This document shows positions 23,372 to 34,366 of a stretch of 64,000 nucleotides of DNA, in pieces; position 1 is the first letter of the stretch; each line of letters starts with the position of its first letter. The stretch spans positions 448,001 through 512,000 of the forward strand of contig CAWGKG010000014.1 in NCBI GenBank assembly GCA_963823035.1. The letters run 5' to 3'. The translations under genes were made by a program, and so were the position numbers. Below the pieces are notes generated by a model that was given only the letters and a program-made list of their open reading frames with translations, was not told the origin of the DNA and ran no database searches. Source of the stretch: an uncultured Gemmatimonadales bacterium. Its GTDB lineage: Bacteria > Gemmatimonadota > Gemmatimonadetes > Longimicrobiales > Gaopeijiaceae.

Positions 23372-25840
23372 TCAGCTCTCGCGCAAGCTCTCCATCGGGT
23401 CGACCGCGGCCGCACGCCGCGCGGGGATCCATACGGCAAGGAGGGCGGCGCCGACCATGACGACCGGTACCAGCCCGAATGTGAGTGGATCGAGCGGCGT
23501 CACCCCGTACAGCAGGCCGGAGAGCGCCCTCGTCGATGCCGCGGCCAGGAGGACGCCCGCCAGGGCGCCCGGCACGGTCACCCGGAGCGCGCCGCCCAGC
23601 ACGCCCGCGCCGATGGTCCCCCGGCCCGCGCCGAGCGCGATCCGCACGCCGATCTCGCGGCGGCGCTCGCGCACCGTGTGAGCGGCCAGGCCATAGACGC
23701 CCATGCAGCCGAGGAGGAGGGTGACCAGCGCGAACGACAGGAGCACCCATGCCGTGAAGCGCGTCCCCGCGGCCGACTCTCCCATGAGGTCGGCATACGC
23801 CGTCACATGGCTGACCGGAAGACGCGCGTCCACCCCGGCGACGGCCCTCCGCACACCAGGGACCACCGCACCGCCCGGAAGAGCGGATGCGACCACGAGC
23901 ACGACATCGGGCGTGGGCCGCTGGGCGAGCGGTACGTACCAGCGTGGCTGCCTGGACGCGGTCAGGTCGTCGTCCGCGACCGAGCCGACCACGCCGACGA
24001 CCTCGATCCAGGGCGCGCCAGCCCACGGGTAGCGTATCCGCCGCCCGAGGGCGCCCTCTTCGGGCCAGTACGTCCGCGCCATACGCGCGTCGACCACGGC
24101 CACGAGCCGGGAGCCCTCCCGATCGGCGTCCGTGAAAGCCCGGCCCTCGAGCACCGGGATCCCCATCACGTCGAAGTAGCCCGCACCGACCCGATCGACG
24201 TCGATGACCGGGAGCTCGTTCGGGTTCGTGGTCACGTCCTCGATGAAGGTGGCGTAGGCCTCCTGCACGGGACCGAAGGGGATCGACCCGGCGAGCGCGG
24301 CGCCCTCCACCCCGGGGACGGCCCGCACGCCCTCCACCAGGGATGGGTACACGGACTCCGTGGCGGACGGGTCGTACGTCGAGGGGAACGTCACCTGGGC
24401 CGTGACCAGGCGGTCCGGCTCGAAGCCCGGATCCACCCCACCCAGCGCCGCGAGGGTACGCACCAGCAGGGCCGCGGAGGTGACCAGCACGACCGCAGCG
24501 GCCACCTGTGCGCCGACCAGAAGCCCGCTCAACCGCCTGCGGTGCACCCCGGGACCGCCGCCCCGCCCGCCGACCCGCATGGCCGCCCCCGGATCACGCC
24601 GGGCGGCACGGACCGCGGGCACCAGGCCCGCCACCAGCCCCGCGAGTAGGCCGACCGCGACGGAGACGGCCAGCACGCGCCCGTCCACGCCCAGCTCCTC
24701 GGCGCGCGGCAGCCGGCCGACCAGGAAGGGGCGCAGCACCGCCAGCCCGCCCCGCGCCGCCAGGACGCCGAGGAGCGCACCGGCCAGCCCGAGGAGCGTG
24801 CTCTCCGCGAGCGCCTCCCGCACGACGCGCGCACGGCTCGCACCGAGCGCTGTGCGCACGGCCACCATCTGACCCCGCTCGAGCGCACGCGCCACCAGCA
24901 GCGACGACACGTTCGCGCACACCACCAGGAGGACGACGCCCACCGCCGCGATGAGGATCAGGAGCGTGGCGCGCACGTCGCCGACGAGCGCGTCGCGCAG
25001 CGGGGTCACCTCGGACGGGCGCCGATACCCCGGACCCGGCGTCCAGACGGGTTGGAGGCAGCGATCTCAGGTGCGAAGCCGCGCAGCTCCGCCTGGGCGG
25101 ACGCCGCGGTCGCCCCGGGCGCCAGTCGTCCGACCGCGCGCACGTTGCCGCTCCCCCAGAACGGACCGGCCTGCGTCGGGTCCCAGTCGAGCGGGATCCA
25201 CAGGCGATCGGCCGGGTCCGGGAACGACCAGCTCGAGGGAAGCACGCCCACCACCTCGTAGGGTCGCCCGTCGAGGGTGATCGAGCGGCCCACCACGCCC
25301 GGATCGGCCGCGAACATCGTGCGCCAGAGCTCTTCCCCGAGGATCGTGACCTGGCCGCGTCCCGGCTCGGCCTCCTCCGGCGTGAACAGGCGTCCGACCA
25401 GGGGACGGGCGCCCATCAGGTCGAAGAGCCCGGGCTCGACGAAGGTGGTGGCCACGCGGTGGGCCTCGCCATCGTGCTCGAGGTTCACGCCCGCGCCTCC
25501 GTCCACGTAGCCGCGCGCGTCCACCAGCGTGCTCGAGCGCGTCCGGATCGCGCCGAGCTCGGCGCGGGACATCCCCGCCCACACGCTCACCAGGCGCGTG
25601 GCGTCGGTGAACGGCAGGCTCCGGAGCAGCACGCCGTCGACCATCGTGAAGACCAGTGCGCTCGCCCCGATCCCCACGCCCAGGGTGAGCACGACCACGG
25701 CGCTCAGGGTGGGCGCGCGCAGGAGGGAGCGTGCGGCGCGTTTCAGGTCGACCGTCGATCCGGAGAGCGGCCTGCCGAGCGAGGCGGCAACGCGTAGCCA
25801 GCGGGCGGAAGGTCCGGCGTCCCTCCCCTCGGGGGCTCAT
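23372..25840 (-). CDS. ADOP-type duplicated ABC permease; frameshifts near 25833 and 25048
   Basis: [60 protein letters not shown]. Confidence 0.88.
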
Positions 25841-26163
25841 GCCCGTCCCTCCCGCAGATCTTCGAGCCCTTCCCAGAGACGCTCGTACGCCCTGCGGGCC
25901 TCCAGCACGCGCTCGACCCCCACAGGGGTCACCGTGAAGTAGCGACGCTCACGCGAGCCCCCGTCCCCCTCGCGCATCTCCGAGCGAACCAACGCCTTCT
26001 CCTCGAGCCTGCGCAGCACGATATAGACGGCGGCCAGCGTGGTCGGGCGGCCCGTGCGCTCCTCCAACTCGGTGACGATGGGCGCCGTGTAGGCCCCCTC
26101 GCCGAGGCGGAGGACCGCGAGGAGGATCTGATGCTCCAGCTCGCCCAGCAGGTCCCTTCCCAT
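25837..26163 (-). CDS. PadR family regulator (ADOP-associated type)
   Basis: LGELEHQILLAVLRLG, AVYIVLRRLEEK, RRYFTVTPVG; ATGA overlap with the permease. Confidence 0.92.
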   Translation of the reverse strand: MGRDLLGELEHQILLAVLRLGEGAYTAPIVTELEERTGRPTTLAAVYIVLRRLEEKALVRSEMREGDGGSRERRYFTVTPVGVERVLEARRAYERLWEGLEDLREGRA

Positions 26164-26187
26164 CCTCACCCCCCGGTCGCGGTAGTC

Positions 26188-26210
26188 CAACAATGTTTTC
26201 TAACAAAGTT
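26188..26210. promoter_or_regulatory. Putative PadR operator: AACAATGTT palindrome plus imperfect copy AACAAAGTT
   Basis: AT-rich patch upstream of padR; shares the ACAATGT core with 16041-16055. Confidence 0.55.
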
Positions 26211-26214
26211 GACA

Positions 26215-27290
26215 CTACGCTCGGGCGAACGGTTTCACCACCGCCATCGCGTCGCCGTAGGAGTAGAAGCGATAGTCCCCGGCAATGGCCTCGGCGTACG
26301 CCGCCATCACGCGCTCGTAGCCGCCGAGCGCGGCGACGAGCATGAGAAGCGTGGAGCGCGGCAGGTGGAAGTTCGTGATCAGGCAGTCCACGGCGCCGGA
26401 AGGAGTATGGCGGCCGGATGAAGAGGTCCGTCGAGCCGGTGCCGGCCCGCACCCGGCCGTGCTCGTCCGCTACGGACTCGAGCGTGCGCACCGCGGTCGT
26501 CCCCACCGCCCAGACCCGTCCGCCCCCGGCGCGGGCCGCGTTGATCGTCTCGGCGGCGGCGGGTGTGACCTCGTAGGCCTCGTGATGGAGCTCGTGCTGC
26601 GCCGGATCGTCGACCTCGACGGGCCGGAAGGTGCCGATGCCCACGTGCAGCGTCAGCTCGGCACGGTGCACACCCCGAGCCTCCAGCCCGGCGAGCAGCT
26701 CCTCCGTGAAGTGGAGCCCGGCCGTCGGGGCCGCGACGGAGCCCGGGGTACGCGCGTACACCGTCTGGTAGCGTTCCCGGTCGATCGCCTCGTCGTCCCT
26801 CTCTATATAAGGAGGGAGCGGCACGTGTCCGTGGCGCTCGAGCGCCTCCTCGACCGGGAGCGGGGTGACCAGCCGCACCAGGCGGCCTCCACCGGGCACG
26901 GAATCGAGGACCTCCACGCGCAGATCGTCCGCGACGAGCACGGTGCGCCCGGGCTTGAGCTTGCCGCCCGGACGGACCAGCGCCTCCCACAGGTGGTCGT
27001 CGCCCGCGCTCCGGTGCGGGGCGCAGGAGCAGCACCTCGGAGGGGGCGCCCGTGGGCTTGCGGCCGAGCAGGCGCGCCGGCAGCACCCTGCTCTCGTTGA
27101 CCACGAGGACGTCACCCGGTTGGAAGAGCTCGGCGACGTCGCGGAAGCGCAGGTGTCGGAACGGCTCGTCCCCCGGCGAGATCACGAGCAGCCGGCTCTC
27201 GTCCCGGCGCTCGGCGGGGTAGCGGGCGATCCGTCGGGGATCGAGCGCGTAGTCGTAGTCGGAGACGCGTGTCCCGTCGGGGCGCCTCAT
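26215..27290 (-). CDS. queA: S-adenosylmethionine:tRNA ribosyltransferase-isomerase; frameshifts near 27010 and 26398
   Basis: DYDY.L...[76 protein letters not shown]. Confidence 0.95.
26236..26336. repeat. Direct-repeat copy inside queA (att-like)
   Basis: Partner of 23241-23341; single mismatch at 26282 vs 23287. Confidence 0.95.
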
Positions 27291-27327
27291 CAGGGCGTGC
27301 GGCGGTGCGGGAACATCGTGCCGCCCC

Positions 27328-28374
27328 TCAGCGCTCCTCGAAGAGCGTGCCCTGCTGGCCGCCGGCGCCGGGCTCCTTGAGCGTGTATCCGAAGCGGCGG
27401 AAGGCGCGCGGGGTGGCCACACGACCCTGCGGCGTGCGCATCAGGAAGCCCTCCATGATCAGGAAGGGCTCGTAGACCTCCTCGAGCGTGGTCGCGTCCT
27501 CCCCCATCGCGACGGCCAGGGAGTTCAGCCCGACCGGGCCGCCCTCGAACTTCTCGATGAGCGTCTTGAGCACGCGCGCGTCCATCTCGTCCAGGCCGTA
27601 CTCGTCCACGTCGAGCATGCGCAGCGCCTCGCCCGCCACGCGCTCGTCGACCCGGCCGTCCGCCCGAACCTGGGCGTAGTCCCGCACCCGCCGCAGGAGC
27701 CGGTTCGCGACGCGGGGCGTGCCACGCGAGCGGCGAGCGATCTCCAGCGCCCCGCCCCCCGTGGTCTCCAGGCCGAGGATCTCCGCGCTACGCACGACGA
27801 TCGTGGCCAGCTCCTCGGGGGGGTAGAAGTTGAGCCGTTGGACGATGCCGAAGCGCGCCCGCATGGGCGCGGTGAGCAGCCCGAAGCGGGTGGTGGCGCC
27901 GACCAACGTGAAGCGCTCGATCTTCATGGTCATCGTCTGCGCCTTCGGTCCGTCCGACAGGCGGATCTCGATCCGACAGTCCTCCATGGCCGGATAGAGG
28001 AACTCCTCGATGATCGGGCGCAGGCGGTGGATCTCATCGATGAAGAGGACGTCGCCCTCCCGCTGGTTCGTCAGGATGCCGACCAGGTCGGCGGGCTTCT
28101 CCAGGACGGGTCCGGAGGTCGTCTTGAAGTTCACCCCCATCTCACGCGCCAGGAGCGAGCCGAGCGTCGTCTTGCCGAGCCCCGCGGGCCCATGGAAGAG
28201 GATGTGGTCGAGCGGCTCGCGCCGCTGCCGGGCGGCCTCGATCGCGATGGAGAGGGCCTCCCGCACCTTGGCCTGGCCGATGAACTCGGAAAGCCGCTGC
28301 GGCCGCAGGGAGGGCTCGGACGGCTGGTCCTCTTCCAGGGACGCCGGCGTCGTGATCTGGGTGCGCTCGCTCAT
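27328..28374 (-). CDS. ruvB: Holliday junction branch-migration helicase
   Basis: [59 protein letters not shown]. Confidence 0.98.
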   Translation of the reverse strand: MSERTQITTPASLEEDQPSEPSLRPQRLSEFIGQAKVREALSIAIEAARQRREPLDHILFHGPAGLGKTTLGSLLAREMGVNFKTTSGPVLEKPADLVGILTNQREGDVLFIDEIHRLRPIIEEFLYPAMEDCRIEIRLSDGPKAQTMTMKIERFTLVGATTRFGLLTAPMRARFGIVQRLNFYPPEELATIVVRSAEILGLETTGGGALEIARRSRGTPRVANRLLRRVRDYAQVRADGRVDERVAGEALRMLDVDEYGLDEMDARVLKTLIEKFEGGPVGLNSLAVAMGEDATTLEEVYEPFLIMEGFLMRTPQGRVATPRAFRRFGYTLKEPGAGGQQGTLFEER

Positions 28375-28650
28375 GGGCGTGCAATATGGCAGGTGCGCGT
28401 CTGAAAGCCCAACGACTGCGCGAGCCGGATCTCATTGGTCGTTCCTGCCACGCCCGTATTGAAACCGTGGCACTTGCGCGGCCTCGTGCTTGTGAGGAAC
28501 TTGTACATGGCCCCGACCCGGGGGATTCCTCCGCGTCGCGGGAGAAGCCGTTCTTTCTGCCTCCTGCACCCCACCCGTGCAGCATGCCCGCCTGGAGGCG
28601 AAACGGCGGCCGAACCACCGAGAGGCCACTCACTCATCACGGAGGTTCCG

Positions 28651-31600
28651 ATGACCGCAAAAGAGGTTCGAAAGAACCCGGCCAGGACCTTCCTGTCTCT
28701 GCTCGCCACAGGACTGTTCGTGGCGGCATCGACGGGATTGGTCACGGCCGCGCCGGCAGCGGCACAGACCGGCGCGATCACGGGCACGATCACGAGTGCC
28801 CAGACGGGCGAGCCGCTGTCGGCGGCTCAGGTCAGCATCGATGGCACAGGCCTCGGTACGCTGACGCAGGCGAACGGGAAGTTCCTGATCCTGCGCGTGC
28901 CCGCGGGCACGTACACGGTGAACGCGATCCTGATCGGATTCGCGAACGCCAGCACGACGGTGACGGTGTCCAACGGCGAGTCGGCCGTGGCCGACATCCG
29001 CCTCGCGCCGCAGGCCATCTCGCTTTCGGAGATCGTCGTGACCGGTGTGGCCGGCGCGACGCAGCGCACGAAGCTCCCCTTCGACGTAACGCAGGTCCGT
29101 GTGGCGGATCTGCCCGTACCGCAGTCGAACGCCGCCCAGGCCCTCCAGGGCAAGGTGGCGGGCGCGACGGTGGTGCAGGGCAGCGGCCGGCCGGGCTCGG
29201 CGCCGTCGATCCTGCTTCGCGGCGTGACGAGCCTGGACGCTTCGGGCCGTGACCAGGAGCCGCTCTACATCGTGGACGGCGTGATCATGAGCAGCAGCAT
29301 GGTCGACCTGGACGCGCTGGACATCCAGAGCATCGAGGTCGTGAAGGGCGCCGCTGCGGCGTCGCTGTACGGCTCGCGCGCGGGCGCCGGCGTCATCCAG
29401 GTCCGGACGAAGCGTGGGGCGCAGATCGCGGACGACCAGGTGCGCTACACCTTCCGCAACGAGTACGGCAGCAGCGAGCTGGGGTACAAGCCGGACATGC
29501 TGCTGTCGAAGAAGCACCGCTTCGAGCTGTCCCCCGACGGCACGCAGTTCGTAGACAACGACGGCACGTACTGCAGCTGGCTCGACTGCTCGCAGCCGCG
29601 TGAGTCGGGCGCGAACGCGTGGAGCACGTACCAGGAGAACATCTGGCCGGGGCAGACCTACGACCAGGTCGCGCGCTTCTTCACGGGCGGGAACTACCTG
29701 CAGTCGAACCTGGCGGCCGAAGGCCGTTCGGGGCGCACGAACTTCCACGTGTCCGCGAGCCGGCTGGACCAGGGAGGGATCCTGCGGTTCACGCCGGGCT
29801 TCAAGCGGAGCAACTTCCGCGTGAACGTGGACCAGTCGGTGGTGGACAACCTGACGATCCAGAGCAGCGTCTTCTACAGCAAGTCGACGCAGGGCGCCGG
29901 TGAGGGCCCGCTGTTCGACCTGACGCGGATGCCGGCGGGGATCGACCTGCTGGCCCAGGATCCGAACCACCCCGGGGACGTCATCCTGGCGGTGAACCCG
30001 ACGGACTCCGAGAGCGACAACCCGATCTACGAGCTGCAGCACTACTCGCAGACGCAGGCGCGCGCCCGCTTCCTCGGAAGCGTGAACGCCCGGTACTCGC
30101 CGTTGGAGTGGCTCAACGTCGACGGCAACTTCAGCTTCGACCGGCTCGACCGGGACGACGAGAACTTCCGCGAGAAGGGTTTTCGCTGCACCGAGCCGTG
30201 CACGAGCTTCACGGCGGGCACGCTGTACCAGCGGCGCTATCGGGACGAGGCGCTGAACGCCAGCCTCACGGCGTCGGCGCGCTGGAACCTGACGGACCAG
30301 ATCCGCAACACGACCCAGGCCCGTTACCTGTACGAGAACGACGACTACAACTGGTTCGACACCTACGGCTACGGCTTCGCCGTCGGCAAGGTGCCGACGT
30401 TCTCGAACATCGATCAGAACAACATCACGGCGGACTCCTACCTCAGGACGGTCCGCGCCGATGGTTACTTCCTGCTCACGAACTTCGACATGTACGACAA
30501 GTACGTGGTCGACGCGCTGATCCGTAACGACGGCAGCTCGCTGTTCGGCGCCGACCAGCGCAGGCAGTGGTACTACCGTTTTGCCGGTGCCTGGCGACTC
30601 GGTCAGGAGGATTTCTTCAACATCCCGGGCATCGACGAGTTCAAGCTGCGCTACGCGATCGGGACGGCCGGCGGGCGGCCGAACTTCGAGTCGCAGTACG
30701 AGACCTACAGCGTCAGCGGCGGCATCATCTCGCCGGTCAGCCTCGGCAACAAGAACCTGAAGCCCGAGTTCTCGACGGAGCACGAGGCCGGGCTCGACAT
30801 GAGCATGTTCAACTCGAAGGTCACGGCCAACCTGACGTACGCGTTCAACACGACGAAGGACCAGATCCTGCCGGTTCCGCAGCCCTCGTACACGGGCTTC
30901 AGGACGCAGTGGCGGAATGCGGGCACGGTCGAGAGCAAGACGTGGGAGGCGACGCTGGACTTCCGCCTCCTCGAGAGGCCGAGCTTCAACTGGAGCGCGA
31001 AGCTCCTGTACGACCACACGAAGTCGACGATCACCGAGCTGACCGAGCCGCCGTTCGTGTACGGCGTGAGCGGCCAGCAGCTGGGTGAGGTCTTCTATGC
31101 CCGAGCGGGCGAAGAGGTCGGCACGTTCTACGGCGGCATCCTGGCGCGCACCTGCGCCGACCTGCCGTCCGACGTGTCGTGCGACGGCTTCCAGGTCGAC
31201 GACCACAACTTCCTGGTGTGGACCGGCGGCAGCGGCTTCGACAGCCCGCAGTGGGGCACCACGGGTCCCGCGGTGGGCGGCAGCAACGTCATGTGGGGCA
31301 CGCCGTTCGGCGGCTTCTGCGTCGACCGCACGACGGGTGAGCAGACCCGCAGCTGCAAGGTGGGCAACACGATGCCGGACTACAACTTCGGCGTCTCCAC
31401 CACCATGACCGTCAAGGGGCTGAGCCTGTACGCGCTCGTGAACCGCAGCGCCGGCTTCGACGTGTACAACCAGCCGCTGCAGTGGGGCTTCTTCAAGCGG
31501 GCGACCGCGTACTACGACCAGGACGCGAACCTGCCGGAGAACCAGAAGAAGCCGCTGGGCTACTGGGACGCCTGGTACAGCGGAAGTGGTGGTCTCGGAC

Positions 31601-31890
31601 CGAACAACGAGTTCGTCGAGGACGGGACGTTCACGAAGCTGCGTGAGGTCTCGCTGAGCTACCGGCTCCGTCAGGACCAACTGGGCGGGATCCCGGGACT
31701 CGACAGGTTCCAGGGCATCGGCATCAGCGTGACGGGACGGAACCTCCTCACCTGGACGAACTACCGGGGCTACGACCCGGAGATCGGCAAGACGGGTGGT
31801 GACACCGGTTCCGCCGCGATCGCCCGGGTGGACGGATACACGTATCCGAACTTCCGGACGTGGACCGCCGCTCTCGAACTCATCTTCTAA
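28651..31890 (+). CDS. SusC/RagA family TonB-linked outer-membrane transporter
   Basis: Signal peptide, carboxypeptidase-regulatory-like domain, LQGKVAG, PLYIVDG, IEVVKGAAAASLYGSRAGAGVI plug, NLKPE, EDGTFTKLREVSLSY, YDPE, C-terminal F. Confidence 0.95.
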   Translation: MTAKEVRKNPARTFLSLLATGLFVAASTGLVTAAPAAAQTGAITGTITSAQTGEPLSAAQVSIDGTGLGTLTQANGKFLILRVPAGTYTVNAILIGFANASTTVTVSNGESAVADIRLAPQAISLSEIVVTGVAGATQRTKLPFDVTQVRVADLPVPQSNAAQALQGKVAGATVVQGSGRPGSAPSILLRGVTSLDASGRDQEPLYIVDGVIMSSSMVDLDALDIQSIEVVKGAAAASLYGSRAGAGVIQVRTKRGAQIADDQVRYTFRNEYGSSELGYKPDMLLSKKHRFELSPDGTQFVDNDGTYCSWLDCSQPRESGANAWSTYQENIWPGQTYDQVARFFTGGNYLQSNLAAEGRSGRTNFHVSASRLDQGGILRFTPGFKRSNFRVNVDQSVVDNLTIQSSVFYSKSTQGAGEGPLFDLTRMPAGIDLLAQDPNHPGDVILAVNPTDSESDNPIYELQHYSQTQARARFLGSVNARYSPLEWLNVDGNFSFDRLDRDDENFREKGFRCTEPCTSFTAGTLYQRRYRDEALNASLTASARWNLTDQIRNTTQARYLYENDDYNWFDTYGYGFAVGKVPTFSNIDQNNITADSYLRTVRADGYFLLTNFDMYDKYVVDALIRNDGSSLFGADQRRQWYYRFAGAWRLGQEDFFNIPGIDEFKLRYAIGTAGGRPNFESQYETYSVSGGIISPVSLGNKNLKPEFSTEHEAGLDMSMFNSKVTANLTYAFNTTKDQILPVPQPSYTGFRTQWRNAGTVESKTWEATLDFRLLERPSFNWSAKLLYDHTKSTITELTEPPFVYGVSGQQLGEVFYARAGEEVGTFYGGILARTCADLPSDVSCDGFQVDDHNFLVWTGGSGFDSPQWGTTGPAVGGSNVMWGTPFGGFCVDRTTGEQTRSCKVGNTMPDYNFGVSTTMTVKGLSLYALVNRSAGFDVYNQPLQWGFFKRATAYYDQDANLPENQKKPLGYWDAWYSGSGGLGPNNEFVEDGTFTKLREVSLSYRLRQDQLGGIPGLDRFQGIGISVTGRNLLTWTNYRGYDPEIGKTGGDTGSAAIARVDGYTYPNFRTWTAALELIF

Positions 31891-31902
31891 GGGAGCCGAT
31901 CC

Positions 31903-33519
31903 ATGAAGAACCTGATGAAGTATCTGATGGTCGGCTCGCTGCTGGTGTTCGGCACCTCGGCGTGCGCCGACCTCGAAGTCACGAACCAGAACGACGCCGA
32001 CGCGGCGCGCGCCTTGTCGACACCGGGCGACGTGCTGAGCCTCATCGGCGGCTCGTACAACAACTGGTTCTACGGGAACTACAACTACAACAGCGCGGGG
32101 ATGGCGCTGAGCAACGCGGCGTTCCAGCACAACGCGCCGTGGGCGAACGCCGGGATGGAGAAGTACGGGCGTCTACCCCGTATCGCCTTCATCAACAGCA
32201 TCAACGACGGCGACTACAACTACATGACCCGGTCGTGGTTCTATTCGTACCGGGCCATCGCCGCCGTGGCGGACGGTCTGAAGTCCCTGGCCGATCCGGA
32301 GATCTCCGGCGCGTTGAGCTCCGACGAGATCGGAACGGCGACGGCGTTCGCGCGCTTCGTGCAGGGCATCTCGCACGCCACGATCGCCCTGTTGTTCAGC
32401 CAGGGCTTCGTGGTCGACGAGACGACGGACCTGCTCGCCGCCCAGGAGCCGATGCCGTACGATCAGCTCATGGACGTGGCGATGGGCTACTTCGACCAGG
32501 CCATCAGCGAGTCGCAGAGCGCCAGCTGGACGCTGCCGACGGAGTGGATGAGGGCCTCCCTCACGGGACCCGAGTTCGCGAAGGTGGTCCACTCCTTCAA
32601 GGCGCGCTACATGGCTGCCAGCGCCCGGACCAAGGCGGAGCGTGACGCGCTCCCCTGGGCGCAGATCATGTCGGACATCGACGCCGGCATCACGTCGGAC
32701 TTCGTCGCCAACTACGACGACGACACCAACTGGCACTGGGATGCCGGCGCGTACGACACGTACTTCGGCTGGTCCGAGGTTGCGTACTTCGTCTGGGGCA
32801 TGGCCGACCAGTCCGGCCGGCTCCAGCAGTGGAACTCGCTGTCGCTCTCGGACAAGAGCTACCAGTTCGGCGACAACGACCCGGTCCTGATCATCACGCC
32901 GGATCAGCGCTTCCCGCAGGGGAGCACGGTCGACGAGCAGCGGGCCAGCGAGAGCCCGGACCGCTACATCCGGATCCAGCGCCCCGGCACCGAGACCGGT
33001 TACACGTGGGCTCGGCCGGACCGTGGTACGTGGAGGTGGTCGTGGTACAAGCACAACCGCTTCGAGAACTACTGGGACAACCTCGAGTACGACGTGATCG
33101 AGATCCCGATGGTGGAGATGAACCTCCTGAAGGCCGAGGGGATGTACCACCAGGGCAACCTCGCGGGCGCGGCGGACATCGTGAACCAGACCCGCACCGC
33201 GGCCGGCCTGAACGCCACGGACGCGAGCGGCACGAACACGAGCTGCGTGCCGAAGCTGCCCAACGGCAGCTGCGGGGACCTGTGGGAGATGCTCAAGTGG
33301 GAGAAGCGCGTCGAAGGTTTCGCCAAGGGTCCGTTCGCCGCCCCGTGGTTCTTCGACGGGCGTGGCTGGGGTGACCTGTGGAAGGACACCTGGGTGCAGC
33401 TGCCGATTCCGTGCGGCGAGGCCCAGGTCCTGCAGCTTCTGCCCTGCGAGTCGTTCGGTGGCCCCGGAGGCGAGTGGGGTGCGCCTCTGAGCACCTACCA
33501 GTGGAACGGAGAAGGTTGA
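31903..33519 (+). CDS. SusD/RagB family nutrient-binding lipoprotein
   Basis: Lipobox TSAC, EMNLLKAEG, A..VN.TR, KWEKRVE, LPIP..E; directly follows susC. Confidence 0.88.
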   Translation: MKNLMKYLMVGSLLVFGTSACADLEVTNQNDADAARALSTPGDVLSLIGGSYNNWFYGNYNYNSAGMALSNAAFQHNAPWANAGMEKYGRLPRIAFINSINDGDYNYMTRSWFYSYRAIAAVADGLKSLADPEISGALSSDEIGTATAFARFVQGISHATIALLFSQGFVVDETTDLLAAQEPMPYDQLMDVAMGYFDQAISESQSASWTLPTEWMRASLTGPEFAKVVHSFKARYMAASARTKAERDALPWAQIMSDIDAGITSDFVANYDDDTNWHWDAGAYDTYFGWSEVAYFVWGMADQSGRLQQWNSLSLSDKSYQFGDNDPVLIITPDQRFPQGSTVDEQRASESPDRYIRIQRPGTETGYTWARPDRGTWRWSWYKHNRFENYWDNLEYDVIEIPMVEMNLLKAEGMYHQGNLAGAADIVNQTRTAAGLNATDASGTNTSCVPKLPNGSCGDLWEMLKWEKRVEGFAKGPFAAPWFFDGRGWGDLWKDTWVQLPIPCGEAQVLQLLPCESFGGPGGEWGAPLSTYQWNGEG

Positions 33520-33550
33520 TCCGCTACCCAGCGTAGCCACCTCGAACAAC

Positions 33551-33588
33551 GAGGGGGGCGCCCACCGGGCGCCCCCCTCACTTATTCT
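33551..33588 (+). terminator. Intrinsic terminator-like hairpin
   Basis: Perfect 13-bp stem GAGGGGGGCGCCC-ACC-GGGCGCCCCCCTC followed by ACTTATTCT, between convergent genes. Confidence 0.8.
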
Positions 33589-33607
33589 GCTCTGCCGACG
33601 AAGGCAA

Positions 33608-33760
33608 TCAGCGGTGCTGCGCGCCGAATCCCGGATGCGGATTGGTCGGCGGGGTGCTCCCATCGTCTTCCGGCGAGGGAAGCGGAACCGTCGGGCTCGA
33701 GCAAGCGCTGACGACGAGGCTCACGAGAGCCACCGCCAACAGCCAACGCAGATATTTCAT
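33608..33760 (-). CDS. Small lipoprotein (50 aa)
   Basis: AAGGAGGG SD; MKYLRWLLAVALVSLVVSAC lipobox; Pro-rich tail. Confidence 0.7.
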   Translation of the reverse strand: MKYLRWLLAVALVSLVVSACSSPTVPLPSPEDDGSTPPTNPHPGFGAQHR

Positions 33761-33824
33761 ACGACCCTCCTTCGCAATCTCGTAGGTCCTTGTACCAGCT
33801 GGCACGTCCGGCGGTTCCCCGGCC

Positions 33825-34274
33825 TCAGCCGCGCTGGAAGTCCCCACACGCCACGATCTCGCCCTCGGCGCCGGCTTCCATGCGGAACACCCGTGCCGCG
33901 TAGTGCCCCCCCGCATCGAACGTCCCGGGGAGCCCCGCCTCCGCGCTGGCCGTTCCGGATCCGTCAGGGGTCAGCAGGGGATAGAGCGCAGCGCCCCCCT
34001 GGATCTGCCCCGTACCGTCGCACGCGCCCGAATCGATCCGCCATCCATACGTCTCGCCTGCCGTCGCCTTTCGGATCTGGATGGTGGCGGCCGTCCGGCC
34101 CGCCTGGGTCACGGCCCCGGCCGTGCCCGCGACCGCGCTCTCCGACACCGGAGACAACGTCGCTTCCCACACCGCGTTTCCGGGTTCCGTCGAAGAGGCG
34201 CACCCCGCCGATGCGAGGAGCAGGACGAGCGTGGCCGCCCAACCTCGTGTCCCGGTTCGATCTACCCTGTCCAT
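33825..34274 (-). CDS. Lipoprotein with probable Cu/Zn-SOD/CHRD-like beta fold
   Basis: SAGC lipobox, YGWRIDSGAC, YPLLTPDGSGTASA, IVACGDF. Confidence 0.6.
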   Translation of the reverse strand: MDRVDRTGTRGWAATLVLLLASAGCASSTEPGNAVWEATLSPVSESAVAGTAGAVTQAGRTAATIQIRKATAGETYGWRIDSGACDGTGQIQGGAALYPLLTPDGSGTASAEAGLPGTFDAGGHYAARVFRMEAGAEGEIVACGDFQRG

Positions 34275-34366
34275 TGCCTGGACACTCGCGTGTAAGGGCA
34301 CGAAATTCAAGGCGTACTATCCGCTGGACGTATCCCCCTCCGTTCCTTCGAAATCCGAGTCGGACC

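Noticed and set aside
23241..26336. Prophage or autonomous integrative element
   Set aside because: No integrase, transposase or phage gene was recognised between or near the repeats.
28478..28495. Possible sigma-54 promoter TGGCAC upstream of susC
   Set aside because: GG-N10-GC spacing is present but the -12 box reads CGGC rather than TTGC, which is too weak at this GC content.
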